A stretch of DNA of 63,727 nt, filler included, from Sanchytrium tribonematis (taxonomy: Eukaryota): the NCBI GenBank assembly GCA_018985235.1. It is 6 parts of 6 records of this genome, joined end to end, with 100 filler letters (N's around TTAATTAATTAA, not from the genome) between each part and the next. Parts side by side here need not be neighbours in the genome. Positions count along the whole stretch, not along the records: positions 32,744 to 63,727 come from JADGIG010000051.1; 5 more parts are not named here. One strand, given 5' to 3'. The translations under genes and the position numbers were made by a program. Under the pieces are notes generated by a model, which was given only the letters and a program-made list of their open reading frames with translations, had not been told where the DNA came from and made no database searches. This document shows positions 44,152 through 54,646 of the stretch, in pieces; within the stretch, counting starts at the first letter, position 1; the number at the start of each line of letters is the position of its first letter.

Positions 44152-45546
44152 ATGTTAAGTCAACTCGACAGAATTGAATTGTACAAACCAGGCAAAGACT
44201 GGTATAAGTTATGCTCCCAATTTGGACAATTTCATGGTAGTGTTTTTATCTGTCAAAACTGTTCTTGTCAATATGCCAATGTCAAAAGGACAGTGATAAA
44301 TCATTTACTGAAGCACTGTCTGCGAGGAGAACAGCAGAAATTTTTGGTAATGGAGCTTGTTAAAATTGGGGATACCTCAAAATATGTCAATGATTGGTTC
44401 GAAAAGCTACAACGCGGTGAGCTTAAAAAGTTTCAAATTAATTTAAACGAAGTCGAGTGGCCAGCCATTAAGCCAGCTATCCCTGCTATACCAATCAATC
44501 GCATGCAGAGATTAGACTCCAAGTTTGATTTGAGTGGAGAAACCAATTTTGAAAGCCGGTTATCGAAAATCAATACTAATTTATCATATAGTATTCCCAG
44601 ACAAGAAGAAACTCCTACTTGTGATAACATTCCATCGCAGAAGTCGACTGAGTCTGAGGTCGATGATCAAAATGAAATGCAACAGGAAAATCAACCAGAA
44701 GAGGATGACGAGGATCAACTTATGACTCCCAAACCCAGCCCTGAGTTGGATCAAGTCAAAAAGATCAAGTCAAACAAAACCATGGGACCTCGCAACCAGC
44801 CACCGGCATGGAAAATTGTCAGTACTCAGTATGGATCTTTCACTCCTATGAATCAGACTGAAAAGAAGACTTCTAGAAGAAGATTTTGGTACACATGTAC
44901 TGCTTGTCAAGCCAGAATGACAGAAAACAAGACAGGCATTACTAACCATTTATTAAAATCGTGTTTAAGCATTGACACTGAAACAAAGCGCAAAATTTTG
45001 GATTTATTATTAAGTTTTGGAGAAGATGCTCCATACATTTTGAAAATGAAAAGTATCAATAATGATAAGGTACATAATGCTGGAAGATCAGCTAGAAGAG
45101 GTAGCCGGCAGTCATCCGCTGGCATTTTGAGAGGCTCACAAAAGCGTGATGTCAAATCGCCCTTTGGAGATCAGATGCAAAGAAAAGTCAATCATTCTAT
45201 ATTTAAAACTGACTTTTCTAGACATCCTACTTATTTTCCTAAGTGGCAAGAAAATTTAATGGATCATCAAACATTGAATGCATTGGAACATTTTCCTCAG
45301 TTCCAAAATTTACCTAAACCTATGTCTTGTGACTCATCATTTAAAGATGACAGCTCTTTTTTGGCTTTGAGCAGTTTTGCAGAGTTGTTATCTAACAAAT
45401 TACAAGAAAGCAGTATTGAACCAGATTTAAATGCTGTCAAGGCAGAATTAATTGAGCGTAAACATATATTGGATTCTCAATTTAAAAATCTAAACAAATT
45501 AGAACGATTATCGAAAGTCTCTAATTTGATGTTAGAATTCGCTTGA
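44152..45546 (+). CDS. Protein with two BED-like zinc fingers, putative transcription factor
   Basis: W...FICQNC..VINHLLKHC and W...YTCTAC..ITNHLLKSC separated by an acidic disordered linker. Confidence 0.7.
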   Translation: MLSQLDRIELYKPGKDWYKLCSQFGQFHGSVFICQNCSCQYANVKRTVINHLLKHCLRGEQQKFLVMELVKIGDTSKYVNDWFEKLQRGELKKFQINLNEVEWPAIKPAIPAIPINRMQRLDSKFDLSGETNFESRLSKINTNLSYSIPRQEETPTCDNIPSQKSTESEVDDQNEMQQENQPEEDDEDQLMTPKPSPELDQVKKIKSNKTMGPRNQPPAWKIVSTQYGSFTPMNQTEKKTSRRRFWYTCTACQARMTENKTGITNHLLKSCLSIDTETKRKILDLLLSFGEDAPYILKMKSINNDKVHNAGRSARRGSRQSSAGILRGSQKRDVKSPFGDQMQRKVNHSIFKTDFSRHPTYFPKWQENLMDHQTLNALEHFPQFQNLPKPMSCDSSFKDDSSFLALSSFAELLSNKLQESSIEPDLNAVKAELIERKHILDSQFKNLNKLERLSKVSNLMLEFA

Positions 45547-45563
45547 ATAAATCTGTATATTGT

Positions 45564-47474
45564 TTATTTTGGGGCAACATTGTCCACAAAATTCGACCAC
45601 GCAAATGAACCGCTTTTTATAGACGAAATGGATTCGCTTTTACTGTCCAATTTCTTTAGACTATGATTTGATTTCGTCTGACCATAAATTTTGTGGTTTA
45701 ATGCTTTATTTGAGTCACTTGAATGAGATTTGAGGGACTTGGGTTCTGAAGGATTTTTCGCCTTTAATAAATTTAAAAAGGATATATCTAAGTCGCTATT
45801 CCTGCTTGAGGGAGCAGATTTTTGAATTCCAATAGACTCGACTCTTGCATTTAGAGATTGGGTAGATTCGAGCTTTGGGATTGGGTCCAAAGAATGATTT
45901 CTAGTGGACCCAGTTACTCTAGATCGTGATTTTTGTTTATCCTCGGAAGGCGAATCTTCAAAATCATCGTTATACTTCTGAATTATGGAAAAGCTTTTCT
46001 CATGATTCGAATTTGATTTTGACAAAGAAGAGGCGTTTTCAATTTTGGGTTTGGATGATACAATGGCACTCTTGATGGCAGATAAAGAATTTTTGGATTC
46101 AGACTGAGATTTTTTCACATTAGAATTTAGTATGACGCTGCTCGAAGAAGCATATATGTCTACAATTTCATTAGCAAGATTCAAATTATTTTCTTTAGAA
46201 GTTGATGGACTTTTTATGCTACTTAGAGTTGAGCTATTTGAAGTTGATGTTGACTCTCTGATTGATTTGGATTTTGATTTTCTAAATGAGCCGGAAACAT
46301 TTGTAGTGTTGTAGCTCCCATTTTCAACAAATTGACGTGTGGGCGATTCATAAGGTTCGGGGCCATCCAGATATTTTGATTTTTCAATATATTTTTGATA
46401 CAAGGTTTTTTTACTGTCAATCATTTTCGTCTGGGTAGATTTGTGACGAGACTTCATTGGCGGAATTTTTGACTCGCGAACAAGAGGTGTCTCATTTGAG
46501 ACTAAACGATTTAAGCCATTTAGCAAAGTCTCTAAATTTTCGGTTAAATCCCGTAAGGAGTCTTCTCTACCTTTAAGTTGATTCACGAACACTAAGGCTT
46601 TGTGCAACTCCTCTAATTGTAGTTGAAAATCGACTTCGACATTTGAAATACCAAAAGCAGTCATATCCACTTCTTCTGGTTTTAATTCTCTAGGAGGCGC
46701 TGTAACTGGTCGTTCCTTGGTATCAAAGTACATATAGGGTAGCTTCAAATGTAAATTATTTCTTGTGTTATGCCAAGGTGATATTAATTGATCAAACGAT
46801 TTATATTTTTTCCTTAAACTCGTCATTTTCTTAATTTCCTCTAAATTTGATTCGTTTATAAAGTTATTTTTTACATTGATGTGACTACATCCAATATTGT
46901 CTGACAGATAGGTGATGATTATTCTCAAAGAGTGATTTGTCAATCCACAATTTTCAAGGTCCCATTTTTTAACTTCTTTTCTTCCAGACAAATAATTCAA
47001 CATATATTTGAGCCCAATATCCCTGATATCATTTCCATTTAAAGATATGCGAGAAAATGGTTGGTCAGATTTTAGTAATAAATGTACAAGATGCTGAATC
47101 CCTTCGTATCCAATGTGACAGGCAGATAAGTTTAAAACTTGCAATTGGCTCAAATCATTGTATTGCATTAACAAAGAGTTGCCTAATTTTGTATGCGGTA
47201 AAGACAGCAATTGTAAATTCTTCGTTACCACTATTTTTTCTATTTGGTTTAATAGTTTCGAGGTCAATGTGGTCCCACATATTTCCAAGGCAGTGACATG
47301 ATCCATTCGACTGAGCAATTTTTTAATTAAATTATGAACATTTTGTTGAGATTTTTCATTTAATTCAACAGGGTTCAAATAAACGCATATTCCTTCATAT
47401 CGATTCAAATCCTCGGTGATTTTATTAAAATCTTTTTTCTGATTCAAATGTAATGGTATAATCAAGGTTTCCAT
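45564..47474 (-). CDS. RI-like LRR plus coiled-coil protein, CEP78-like
   Basis: LNLSACHIG, ISLNGNDIRDIGL, WDLENCGLT, INVKNNFI, then coiled coil and Ser-rich tail. Confidence 0.6.
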   Translation of the reverse strand: METLIIPLHLNQKKDFNKITEDLNRYEGICVYLNPVELNEKSQQNVHNLIKKLLSRMDHVTALEICGTTLTSKLLNQIEKIVVTKNLQLLSLPHTKLGNSLLMQYNDLSQLQVLNLSACHIGYEGIQHLVHLLLKSDQPFSRISLNGNDIRDIGLKYMLNYLSGRKEVKKWDLENCGLTNHSLRIIITYLSDNIGCSHINVKNNFINESNLEEIKKMTSLRKKYKSFDQLISPWHNTRNNLHLKLPYMYFDTKERPVTAPPRELKPEEVDMTAFGISNVEVDFQLQLEELHKALVFVNQLKGREDSLRDLTENLETLLNGLNRLVSNETPLVRESKIPPMKSRHKSTQTKMIDSKKTLYQKYIEKSKYLDGPEPYESPTRQFVENGSYNTTNVSGSFRKSKSKSIRESTSTSNSSTLSSIKSPSTSKENNLNLANEIVDIYASSSSVILNSNVKKSQSESKNSLSAIKSAIVSSKPKIENASSLSKSNSNHEKSFSIIQKYNDDFEDSPSEDKQKSRSRVTGSTRNHSLDPIPKLESTQSLNARVESIGIQKSAPSSRNSDLDISFLNLLKAKNPSEPKSLKSHSSDSNKALNHKIYGQTKSNHSLKKLDSKSESISSIKSGSFAWSNFVDNVAPK

Positions 47475-47491
47475 AATATTTTGGCCTAATC

Positions 47492-48664
47492 ATGATTTTA
47501 AGGAGTTTAGCTATGGTTCAAATTTACTATCTTACAAATTCCGAGATCAACTACAACGATTTGGCAGTACCCATTGAAAGCTTGAAAGTACTTGACAATC
47601 ACATTTTATTAGCTGAAGCAAATGAAGTTCACCTAGATGGTGAAAATGGACGAGTCAATCATTATATGGATAAAGCAAAGCATTTGATAAATAGCTACAA
47701 AAATTACAAACACGCACTCTGTATTTATTTATTTTGCTGCCAAAATACGGAGCGTAAAAAATGGAAATTAGCATGTATGTGCAACATATCGTACTTATAC
47801 ACAGAACTACAGGATTTTACAGAGGCTAAAAGGGTAGCTAAAAAAGCATATGATATGGAAAAATCGCATTACAAGGCTCTGATACGGCTGTGTTCTATTG
47901 CAGAACGCCAGGGAGATTTGACGGAAATGATAAAAATTTGCGAACTCGGGCTACAAAATCCAGATGAAAATGCTCAATTATATTTTTCCAAAAAGTTGAA
48001 AGAATCCCAAAATGCAGTTCAGAGAGACGAAAAACAAAAGCTACGCATGGGAAAGCTTTTTAATGATGTTTTATTTGATCATCCCTCAATCGACACAATC
48101 GAGGGTTTTACCTTATTATTTTATAAAGACTTGCGTGCAAATGAGAATATTATATTTGAAGAAAGCACACGAACCTTTGAAGTTGCTAAGTCATACAAAA
48201 AAAGTGCATTTGAAAATTGCATTCGAATGAGTTCCACTTTTAGGAAAGTGCAATCTGCACACAGAGAAGACGAAATTCAGGTATACATGGTATACGGAAT
48301 GTTGCTAGAAGACTTTTATAGAAGGGAAATGATTGTGTCAGTCACAGATGACAAATTTGCTTTACCAATACCAAGAAACTTCAGAATTGAACCTAGTTGC
48401 CCAAATATGGATATTCAAGTCTCGGAAATGCTGCTCAAAAATATATTCAAATATTTTTTTAATTTATTTCAATTCCAATATAGAAATGAACAAACTGTTA
48501 CTAATGTGTTAAGGAATTATCGTACTCCATTGATGGCAACGTTATATCAAGATTATGATGACGTAGAGGTTATTCAAAAGGCACTGTACGAACTCGTAAC
48601 CTACAACATGTTGGATATGTACAAATACAAAGAAGTTGTTTATTTCAAAGCAAGAGATTCATAA
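47492..48664 (+). CDS. TPR-containing protein
   Basis: CNISYLY...AKKAYDMEKSHYKALIR TPR pattern. Confidence 0.7.
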   Translation: MILRSLAMVQIYYLTNSEINYNDLAVPIESLKVLDNHILLAEANEVHLDGENGRVNHYMDKAKHLINSYKNYKHALCIYLFCCQNTERKKWKLACMCNISYLYTELQDFTEAKRVAKKAYDMEKSHYKALIRLCSIAERQGDLTEMIKICELGLQNPDENAQLYFSKKLKESQNAVQRDEKQKLRMGKLFNDVLFDHPSIDTIEGFTLLFYKDLRANENIIFEESTRTFEVAKSYKKSAFENCIRMSSTFRKVQSAHREDEIQVYMVYGMLLEDFYRREMIVSVTDDKFALPIPRNFRIEPSCPNMDIQVSEMLLKNIFKYFFNLFQFQYRNEQTVTNVLRNYRTPLMATLYQDYDDVEVIQKALYELVTYNMLDMYKYKEVVYFKARDS

Positions 48665-48688
48665 TAAATTTTGTTACTGAAACATTTT

Positions 48689-50307
48689 ATGAGCAAAGAA
48701 AAACTGATAATATTTGACACAACATTACGAGATGGCGAGCAGAGCCCAGGAGTCACCTTGGATACACAGGAAAAGATTAAAATAGCTAAACAATTAAGTA
48801 TTTTGGGCGTTGATGTTTGCGAGGCTGGATTTCCTGTGGCAAGTGTTGGGGATTTTGAGAGTGTCAAATCCATTGCAACCATAGTGGGAAACATAAATGA
48901 TGGCAGAAAGGAACCTATGATCATATGTGCATTGGCCAGGGCAACAAATAAGGATATCGAAACTGCTGCGAAAGCAATAGAACCAGCAAAAAATAAGCGG
49001 ATTCACACGTTTTTGGCAACTTCCGATCTGCATCTAAAATACAAGCTTAAAATCTCCAGGGAGGAATGCATTACTAAGGCGGTAAATGCAGTCAAATTGG
49101 CAAAGTCTTTTGTCAATGATGTTGAATTTAGCTGCGAAGATGCTGCCAGATCTGACAGGCACTTCTTATGTCAGGTGATACAAGAAGTAATTAAAGCAGG
49201 TGCTACTACCTTGAACATCCCCGACACCGTTGGCTATATGCAGCCAGAACAGTATGGAAGTCTTATCAAATACTTAATCGATAATACGCTTGGTAGTGAA
49301 AATGTGATTTGGAGTAATTTAATTCTTACGTAGGCACACACTGTCATAATGATTTAGGACTAGCGACGGCTAACACCTTGGCTGGAGTCAATAATGGTGC
49401 CAGGCAAGTTGAAGTCACGATTAATGGGATAGGTGAGCGGGCTGGAAACACTTCATTGGAAGAAATCGCCATGACCCTTTATGTTCATGAGAAATCCTCT
49501 CAAGTCTATACCGACATTGTTAAAAATGAGATTTATAAAACAAGTCAATTGGTCAAAAATTTTACAGGAATGGTAATACAGCCAAACAAAGCGATTGTTG
49601 GTAAAAATGCTTTTGCCCACGAATCAGGAATACACCAGGATGGTGTTCTCAAAAATGCAGAGACTTATGAGATTATAAATCCAGAGATAGTTGGAATTCC
49701 TAAAAACAGTATTGTTTTAGGAAAACATTCTGGTAGAAACGCCTTGAAGAGCAGAGTTGCAGAACTGGGGTTTATTTTGAAAGATATTGAACTCGATGAG
49801 ATTTTCAAGACGTTTAAGAAACTTGCGGACTCTAAGAAGAACATTACCGACGATGATCTCATTTCTATACTTACCGGCGAAGAGACGTCAAAACAATTTT
49901 ATGAATTAAAATCGCTGCAAATTGTAGCTGGAACGTCTGCACTGGCCACGGTTTCAGTTGAAATTTTGAAAGAAAATGAACAAGAAGCAATAGCAGATGC
50001 AGCAGTTTCTAGAAACGGTGCATTAAGTGCGATATTTAGCTGTTTAGATCGCATAGTCGCATCTGATAATATAGTAGTGACATTAGATCATTACCAAGTT
50101 ACCAGTGTCACCGAAGGCGGTGACAGTATAGGGCAAGTTAGTGTTAAAGTAAGATCCCAAGTAAACGAAAAATCAGTAGTTATTGGAGGGCATGCGAATG
50201 ATGTGGACGTCTTAATTGCCTCTGCAAAAGCATATCTTAAAGCATTGTCACGGGTCAAATTGGCCAACGGACGTAATGAGACCCGGGATACTTCGAGCGA
50301 AATTTAG
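48689..50307 (+). CDS. leuA: 2-isopropylmalate synthase, bacterial/plant LeuA type; join(48689..49313,49334..50307)
   Basis: [21 protein letters not shown], spliced [32 protein letters not shown], regulatory domain. Confidence 0.95.
49314..49333 (+). other. 20-nt spliceosomal intron
   Basis: GTAATTTAATTCTTACGTAG; TGG A|GC ACA CAC TGT CAT restores WSTHCH. Confidence 0.93.
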
Positions 50308-50343
50308 TAAATTCTATTCATATAATTTGCAACAATAGGAGTA

Positions 50344-50805
50344 ATGTCAACTACATGCAGACGGCGACTCTTGCAAGACTTTAAAAAGATACAAAAAGAA
50401 CCCGTTGTGGGAATAAACGCGACGCCCGACCCAAATAATATATTGATGTGGAATGCATTTATAGTGGGACCGGAAGACACAATTTTTCATCAAGGTATAT
50501 TTAAATTACGTCTGGAATTTGACGAAACTTATCCTCAAAAAGCACCCAAGGTCTCTTTTGTTACTAAAATTTACCATCCGAATGTTTATGACAATGGTGC
50601 GCTGTGTCTCGATATTATACAAACAAGGTGGAGTCCCAGTTACGATGTCCAATCTATTTTGACCAGTGTGCAGTCCCTATTAAACGACCCTAATCCAAAT
50701 AGTCCCGCCAATGCCGAAGCAGCTAGATTATTTCAAGACAACAGACCCGAATACGACCGGAAAGTCAGAGAGTGTGTCGAGAATTCCTGGCTACAGGATG
50801 AATAA
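50344..50805 (+). CDS. RAD6: Ubiquitin-conjugating enzyme Rad6/UBC2
   Basis: [36 protein letters not shown]. Confidence 0.95.
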   Translation: MSTTCRRRLLQDFKKIQKEPVVGINATPDPNNILMWNAFIVGPEDTIFHQGIFKLRLEFDETYPQKAPKVSFVTKIYHPNVYDNGALCLDIIQTRWSPSYDVQSILTSVQSLLNDPNPNSPANAEAARLFQDNRPEYDRKVRECVENSWLQDE

Positions 50806-50917
50806 TTTATTTTGAAATAAAATGCCGTACTATTTAGGGTTTACATATTTCGAGCAATTAAGACATGCGTCTTCGCTTTTTCGACCAAAAGTATATCGAT
50901 GACGTCGGGTATCAATC

Positions 50918-51193
50918 ATGTCAAATTTAACTACTACTACTTTGACCACAGATCCTGTCACTTTAACAACGACCACCATGACCCCAACAACTACTAAGTC
51001 TGTGGAGAGTGATACTTTGACCTTTTCAGTTGTCTCGACGATGAAAACGACAGTGATAACAAAAAGTGATGGAGCAACAAGTATCAGTCAAGTGTACGAA
51101 ACATTTACTGTGAGTTACCCGCGACCTATAGCTGTTGCTGGAGCTTCAAAAATGTCAACTTTTATGGTAATCTTGTTGTTTATGTTTGTTTAA
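50918..51193 (+). CDS. Small Thr-rich protein with hydrophobic C-terminus
   Basis: Thr-rich, ends GASKMSTFMVILLFMFV; stop followed by TAAA. Confidence 0.55.
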   Translation: MSNLTTTTLTTDPVTLTTTTMTPTTTKSVESDTLTFSVVSTMKTTVITKSDGATSISQVYETFTVSYPRPIAVAGASKMSTFMVILLFMFV

Positions 51194-51228
51194 TAAAATA
51201 TAGTCTTCAATTTTAGGGGATCTCCTCG

Positions 51229-52590
51229 ATGTCAATTCAAATATACAGCGCTCAACAATACTGTAAATTCGATTCTACTAAACCTATTCAAATTATGGAT
51301 GGGAAAAGAATGACATCGTATCAGCCAGGTTCGGACGTGGTTGACGCGATTTTGGTCAAATCGTTGAAAGCCAAACAACCTTACTATTTGGCCATTTGTA
51401 CGAAGCACGCTATATTGTTATTTAATGGAGAGACTGTCATAAAGCAAATTAAAGAAAACGTAACCAAATTGACTACTTTTGAAAATACTATAGTTGGAAT
51501 TAGTTCTCAAAAATGCGTTCATTGGAATTATGATTTGGATACAACTAACACGTATGAAGTAGACATCGAAGGAGAGATTAACAGCATCTCTTTAGCGAAT
51601 GATCGCCTTATAATAGGGACTTCTAGATTGTCAATATTTTCTTTAAATAGTTTGCAATTATTGGCTTCAACCTCCAAGTCAGACCACAGCATTGATTTTA
51701 TTTCAAATATGGGTGATTACGTATTTGCGGCTTCTTCATCAAGCAACGCAATCAATGTTTACAAGTTAAAAAAAGATAAGCGAAAGAATAAGAAACTCAT
51801 GCTACTGGACACTGTTTTTGTCGATCAAAATATACAGAATATGTCAATATTTAACGGATGGATGACGCTCACGCATGATAGCTCATTTTCTTTAATTGAA
51901 TTAGGAGAGGAATTAATTAAAAAGGGTACCACAATTTTAAATCAAAAAGTAGATGTTGCTTTGTGCGATTTAGACAAAAATGGAAACCTCACTGCGCACC
52001 TATTTATTAAGCCATTTTCAAGCTACTTTTGTTACGACATGAAAGACTTCCCTCGCGAGATTGAGTTGTCCAATGACGAGATGCAGCAAGAACTCGCAGT
52101 GCCTAAAATTGCAATTATGGATCAATTAGAACCTACATTGGGTGATCTGATCCCGGATATTGAACCTCAAAACGAAACTGAGATTTTACTTGAAAGCACA
52201 CAGACCGAATTGACCCCACTTTTGCTTCAAGCTATTAAAGGTCATGATCAAGCATTACTTGAGACATGTCTGCAGTCTGGTAGAAAAACCGCTAAGAAGG
52301 CGCTTAAAAGTCTTAGCCCCCCTGCAGTCACGGAACTCATTCACTTATTAAATGAGCGAATGCAAAAACAAATGACCGAGACTGTTATGGAATGGATTGA
52401 GGATCTTCTTGTATTTCACGGATCTTTGATTCGAAGTGGCCCTGCTATGAAAGATATTTATGCGTTGGAAGCACTTATAAGTGAAAAGTCTCAAAATTAT
52501 CAGCAACTTATGGATGTGTGTTCACAGCTTGAACTGGCTCTAGCTTTAAATGATAACATTACTGCATCTGATGATGAAATGGAAATGTAA
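51229..52590 (+). CDS. UTP5: Utp5/WDR43-like SSU processome protein
   Basis: Beta-propeller-like N-terminus, EPTLGD, Utp12-type domain LLQAIKGHDQALLETCL...WIEDLLVFHG. Confidence 0.75.
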   Translation: MSIQIYSAQQYCKFDSTKPIQIMDGKRMTSYQPGSDVVDAILVKSLKAKQPYYLAICTKHAILLFNGETVIKQIKENVTKLTTFENTIVGISSQKCVHWNYDLDTTNTYEVDIEGEINSISLANDRLIIGTSRLSIFSLNSLQLLASTSKSDHSIDFISNMGDYVFAASSSSNAINVYKLKKDKRKNKKLMLLDTVFVDQNIQNMSIFNGWMTLTHDSSFSLIELGEELIKKGTTILNQKVDVALCDLDKNGNLTAHLFIKPFSSYFCYDMKDFPREIELSNDEMQQELAVPKIAIMDQLEPTLGDLIPDIEPQNETEILLESTQTELTPLLLQAIKGHDQALLETCLQSGRKTAKKALKSLSPPAVTELIHLLNERMQKQMTETVMEWIEDLLVFHGSLIRSGPAMKDIYALEALISEKSQNYQQLMDVCSQLELALALNDNITASDDEMEM

Positions 52591-52601
52591 TAAACTAGTT
52601 T

Positions 52602-52886
52602 TTAATTTATTGCTGACGAATATAACTTTAGACTTTCGTCCATTGATCCCGAGTAATCAAAAACATGAACTTCATCAACTTCAACTTGCAATTGAGAATT
52701 AACTGTACCCTCTACTTGAATAATTCTATCGGTTGGAAAATCTCTGCCCTTTAGAGTAACAATTCCACTACCTTCCTTTAATATAGCATATCCATTTTTG
52801 TTTTCATCGATTGTACCTACCAAAGCCACATTCTTACCGACAAACTCATTCAATCCTGTACTTGCAATTCTTGTCGCTACAACCAT
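52602..52886 (-). CDS. Replication protein A small subunit (RPA3-like OB fold)
   Basis: RIASTGLNEFVGKNVALVG..IIQVEGTV; ATG 52886. Confidence 0.65.
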   Translation of the reverse strand: MVVATRIASTGLNEFVGKNVALVGTIDENKNGYAILKEGSGIVTLKGRDFPTDRIIQVEGTVNSQLQVEVDEVHVFDYSGSMDESLKLYSSAIN

Positions 52887-52972
52887 CAAATAGACTCCTT
52901 GTAACAATTGCAACTTCGAATGAGGTACAATCAAACAACACAGCAAATACCTCGTGACCGGAAAAGAGAAAA

Positions 52973-54624
52973 ATGGTAAGTTTTGAATGTGATGACATAC
53001 CTACATTCTCTGATTGAATGATGAGTACTAGACTCCTGATTCGCACAACTCATGTAGATTGAAATTATATTATGACTTTACGTTCTTCTCAAAAGCAATA
53101 ATTATAATAAATTAAACCTAATTACTTTTCAGAATAATGAACTCCTTGAAATGGTAGAAGACAATTCTACAGCTGCAGAATCTGCAAAGCAGTTGGGAAA
53201 TAAATATTTTAAAGAAAAGCACTATGACAAGGCCATTAATGCATATACGGAAGCCATCAAAATTGAAGAGCGACCAGCTTTTTATTGTAACAGAGCAATG
53301 GCAAATTTTCACTTGGAGTATTATGGCCAAACAATTAGTGACGCAAACTCGGCAATATTACTAGACGACAAATTTTTCAAGGCCTTCTACAGGAGAGGCT
53401 GTGCATACGTACAGTTATTAAAATTTGATGAAGCTATTAAAGATTTTAAATTAGTTTACACAAATACAAAAGATCCAAATGCCTATCAGCACTTGGTATC
53501 ATGCGACAAAATCATTAAGCAAAGAAAATTTGAAGAAGCCATTAGAGTAGAGGAAACAAACCCATTCGACAAAGAGGATTGGAAGCAGATGATCGTTAGC
53601 GATTACTCTGGTCCGTCGGTCGATGCGGAATTTAGTATTGAGCTGGTGTACAAGTGTGCAGAATATATGAAAGAAAAAAGTCTGCATAGAAAACTTCTAA
53701 TGAGGATATTAGTTCAATGCTACGAAGCATTCAGATGTCTAGACTCAATTGTAGATATCAAAGTCCCTAAAAATGGACTCTTGACGATTTGTGGTGATAC
53801 TCACGGGCAATATTTTGATGTTCTGAATATATTCGGGAAATACGGGTGGCCTAGTGAGTCCCACTATTATCTGTTTAATGGAGATTTTGTGGACAGAGGG
53901 TCATGGTCTGTTGAGGTAATTACCTTGCTTTTGCTTATCAAATGCGCTTTACCCAACAGCATCTATTTGACCAGAGGAAACCATGAGACTAATGACATGA
54001 ATAAGGTTTATGGATTTGAAGGTGAAGTGAAAGCAAAATACTCTTCCTCTTTATTTCCATACTTCACAGAAATTTTTAATGCCTTACCTCTAGGTTTTCT
54101 AATTGAGAACAGAATATTTGTTTGTCATGGTGGTTTGTGCAGCGAAACTCCTGATATTGACAGTTTAAGAAAAATCAATAGATTTAAACAACCACAGCAA
54201 GGATTTTTCACTGAACTCTTATGGAGTGATCCTTGTGATGCCGATGGCGTAAATCCAAGTAAAAGAGGTGCCGGAATTAGCTTTGGTTCAGATATAACTA
54301 AATCTTTTTGCGAAAAGAACGCAGTAGAACTTGTCATTCGATCGCACGAAGTGAAGGAAGAAGGTTTTGAGATTGCACACAACGGAAAATGTATAACGAT
54401 TTTCAGCGCACCAAATTATTGCGATCAAATGGTATTTTTAATTGATATAGGGTAACAAAGGAGCGGTAATTCATTTTTCTTTCTCCGAGACGCCAAAGGT
54501 TGAGCCTAAAGCCAACTTGGGTATCGTTGGTGGAATGAATGGGTGGATTGATCAGTTTTTAGCCGTTCCTCATCCTAATGTCAAGCCTATGGCATATGCT
54601 GGTGGATTTGGACAAATGCAATAA
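52973..54624 (+). CDS. PPT1: Ser/Thr protein phosphatase 5; probable join(52973..52975,53133..54431,54451..54624)
   Basis: TPRs plus GDTHGQ, GDFVDRG, RGNHE, SAPNYC; splice restores CDQMGNKGA and VPHPNVKPMAY. The ATG-only first exon is inferred; ATG 53151 is the alternative start. Confidence 0.93.
52976..53132 (+). other. 157-nt snoRNA-hosting intron (predicted)
   Basis: ATG|GTAAGT ... CCTAAT TACTTTTCAG|AAT AAT GAA CTC CTT GAA ATG, in frame with PP5. Confidence 0.6.
52985..53042 (+). ncRNA. Box C/D snoRNA, double guide
   Basis: C GTGATGA 52989, D' CTGA 53010, C' ATGATGA 53018, D CTGA 53036, terminal GAA/TTC stem; guides TACCTACATT and TAGACTC are complementary to conserved LSU rRNA segments. 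Confidence 0.85.
54432..54450 (+). other. 19-nt spliceosomal intron
   Basis: GTATTTTTAATTGATATAG, phase 0. Confidence 0.95.
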
Positions 54625-54646
54625 ATTTATTTTTTGGCTGAGACAA

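Noticed and set aside
54578..54646. Upstream extensions in the ORF track (FEN1 54578, also 22589, 24240, 36830, 52946, 60891)
   Set aside because: They overlap neighbouring genes or use non-ATG starts; family alignment or context favours the downstream ATGs.
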